Below are positions 61,591-64,000 of a stretch of DNA of 64,000 nt, piece after piece. The stretch's first letter is position 1. Each line of letters opens with the position of its first letter. The notes below the pieces were generated by a model, which worked only from the letters and a program-made list of their open reading frames with translations, did no database searches and was not told where the DNA came from. Source of the DNA: Antedon mediterranea. Taxonomy: Eukaryota; Animalia; Echinodermata. Where the stretch lies: NCBI RefSeq assembly GCF_964355755.1, contig NC_092672.1, positions 21,031,237 to 21,095,236 on the forward strand, read 5' to 3'. The position numbers were made by a program, and so were the translations under genes.

Positions 61591-63630
61591 GTACTTTCAC
61601 ACATTGTATTTTAAACATTTTTAAATACATAGGTGGACAGTACATATTAATAACAATTTATGTTTTGTCATTGATAATGGGATTGTAGGATAATTCAAAA
61701 TTAGTACTAGTTCAAAATCTAGACTAGTAGTATATTTAAATTTGTTTGAAAATGCATACCACAAATATTTGTTGACATGTGCACACAAATAGTTTGTTTA
61801 TTTTGCCTAATTTATCACTCAACTTTGTTACCCTATTTTGTAAAGAAATTAATCAAAGCCTTATCCATAAAAGTTTACATTATTTATATATGGAGTATGT
61901 TTATTTACATATTTCTTGGTAGCAGAAATAAAGCTCACCTTATTCTGTCATGTATTTCCTCACAGTGGTTTGAATTCAGTACAGTACATTGCATTTAATG
62001 TGCCATTTCTAATGCCTTACTGTACTGTATATTTTTCCCCCTTCACCATAACAAATTTTTAAAACTCAATTTTTTAAAAACTGTTCTTCTTTTCTATTGT
62101 TTGTGACTGATTCTAGTATGTCTTATCACTCAATAAATATTATTTACCACCAAAAACGTACATTGTCTCTATACTTACCTATATTTCCAGAGAACTTTAA
62201 TTTTACCAGGAAAATGATTTAAATGAAAAGTAGAATCATTACCAAAAAAAAAAAAAACCATTATGTAGTTAAATGTAATAATGAGGGCACAATTATTGTT
62301 ATTATTTTTTAGCGATTTCATGCATGGATTACCACAATGCTTTCTTATTTATGTTATAATTTAAGAATCTGTTTTTTAAAAATGATTTCATAATAAATAT
62401 CTGCTAATTAATTAATTAATGTATGTTTAAAATTAAAAAACAAAAATGAAATTAATTCTAAATAGGCCATGTAGTTTTTCTTGGTCAGAATAGCATATAG
62501 CTTGTCCTATATTGAATCCCAAATTCATAAGTTTTTATGTAGACTTGACAATATTATTTGCATACAAACCAGCAGCCACTTCCAGACATGAGGCACTTTT
62601 GCGCTACCTAACAGGTAAAAGGCAACGCAATAGGGGGCGCAATTGCGTTTGCAAAGGAGTTCACAATAACACTGGAAGCTAAGTTTCTCAAACGTATGAC
62701 CCCTTTTAGCAATGGGCTTAGCATCCAGTGAAGCTAAAATCCTCTCTAAAACTGTGCGATAAATCGTGACATTTTGATGCCGGACATAACTACTAATTTC
62801 ACCCCATCATTTCCCACACTTGTGTTACCAAGTCCTTGGTAATATACCTCATAAATGCTGCACCTCCCCGTATGGAAATATTTAACAGTGACTTTTAATA
62901 TATTCATACAGCAAAAACTGGATAACGAGATATGAAGCAACAAACAAAAATTTATATAAAAATATCTTACACAAAGAATGAATAGGTTCACATAAAAAAA
63001 ACTGATACATTCACTTTGTGGTGATTGGCCATTGTATTGGTCTAAGTTTCAAAATTACTTCACAAGCTTTGTTCGATCTCATTTTAAAAATAAACTTTCA
63101 ATGAACAATTCTGATAATTATTAGAACTGTGCATATACTGAACTTATACAAATGCACAGAGTAATTGTTTGTTTTTTATAATCGTCTACCGACTACTGTC
63201 TCATGTAAAACTTCTAGGTTCCTTACTCCAAACATGACTTTGAGTTAACAACTCATAAACTATTATTTTTTGATTGTTGAAAGAGAAATTGAACTTGAAT
63301 GTATCACCTGGTTTCCACCTTATACATCCTTGAAACTCATCAAGACCCAGATACAATCACTCATAAATTTATACAATTTATTGTAATACTTTCTATTATT
63401 TTGTATACATATTTCTTTTAATGCAAAATCAATCTGCACATGTTGTATGGTTCTTATCATCAGACCAGGTACATTGCACCTACTTTTATTTCATACCTTT
63501 TTCAAACTCATTGTCAACAGTTCTTAAACAAAATTTACTTCATTGTCTGTTTAAATATTTTGATTTTGATTATTATAATTTTTGATATGAATTGATTTTT
63601 TGTAAAACAACATAATATTAAGTACGATCT

Positions 63631-63941
63631 AGTGAGTGAGTGGCCGAGCGCTTAAGACAGTGGAACCGTAATTACGTAGCCATAACATCGGCAGGGGTTC
63701 GAGGCTCACTCACTCCATGGTTCTGGTGGTAGAACGAGTCTTCTCGGATAAGGACTATAAACCGTAGGTCTAGTGTACACATCTAGCTCGTGTGCACTTT
63801 AAAGAACCTAGTACATCTTTCGAGACGAGTAGGGTGTTACCCCGGTGTATTAGTACATCACAGCCACTGATCACCAACTGGGCCCTCTGGGAGACCAGTC
63901 TTTGACTTTACCCAGTATAAATATAAATTTCAATTTCAAAT
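63631..63941 (+). mobile_element. tRNA-derived SINE with a Deu/Nin-type central domain
   Basis: A box TGGCCGAGCG; B box GGTTCGAG; stem AGTGAGTGAG/CTCACTCACT; core GGATAAGGACTATAAACCGTAGG...TTAAAGAACC...GAGTAGGG..CCCCGGTG; AT-rich tail. Confidence 0.75.
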
Positions 63942-64000
63942 CATTTTCTTTGCATCTTTTATTCACCACTGATGTAATAATGTTATGTTATTAATGCAAC

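Noticed and set aside
62627-62640. CTCF-like motif GCAATAGGGGGCGC
   Set aside because: Single imperfect match in what looks like an unclassified repeat fragment

Overview
This is AT-rich eukaryotic, repeat-dense genomic DNA, probably from an invertebrate animal (inferred from a Deu/Nin-type SINE and the transposon complement). No prokaryotic features were seen. (1) Bases 1-30391 are almost entirely non-autonomous Helentron/DINE-1-like rolling-circle elements of three related families (here A, B, C). They are stacked by repeated insertion into the microsatellite behind each other's 5' hairpin. One A copy is split by an intact, young BEL/Pao LTR retrotransposon (8021-15092; 828-bp LTRs; TATGT TSD; 1748-aa ORF) that lacks a tRNA-type PBS and may self-prime. 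(2) 31.6-32 kb is promoter-like and TAGGCCTA-rich. It is followed by a 5'-truncated L1/Tx1-type LINE inserted in a SINE (14-bp TSD) and a Harbinger-like element containing a nested foldback MITE. (3) From about 42.1 kb a + strand spliced ankyrin-repeat gene, missed by the ORF track, uses one 99-nt phase-0 exon per repeat. A 5.5-kb tandem duplication added a repeat. The two copies differ by 10 substitutions, all in amino-acid-changing codons, while flanking introns differ about 3%. This is the best candidate for an undescribed system: a diversifying 'natural DARPin' receptor. (4) Later introns hold a fourth Helentron-like variant, a three-level nest of non-autonomous DNA transposons, and a tRNA-derived SINE. 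All comparisons were made by eye; nothing was searched or computed.
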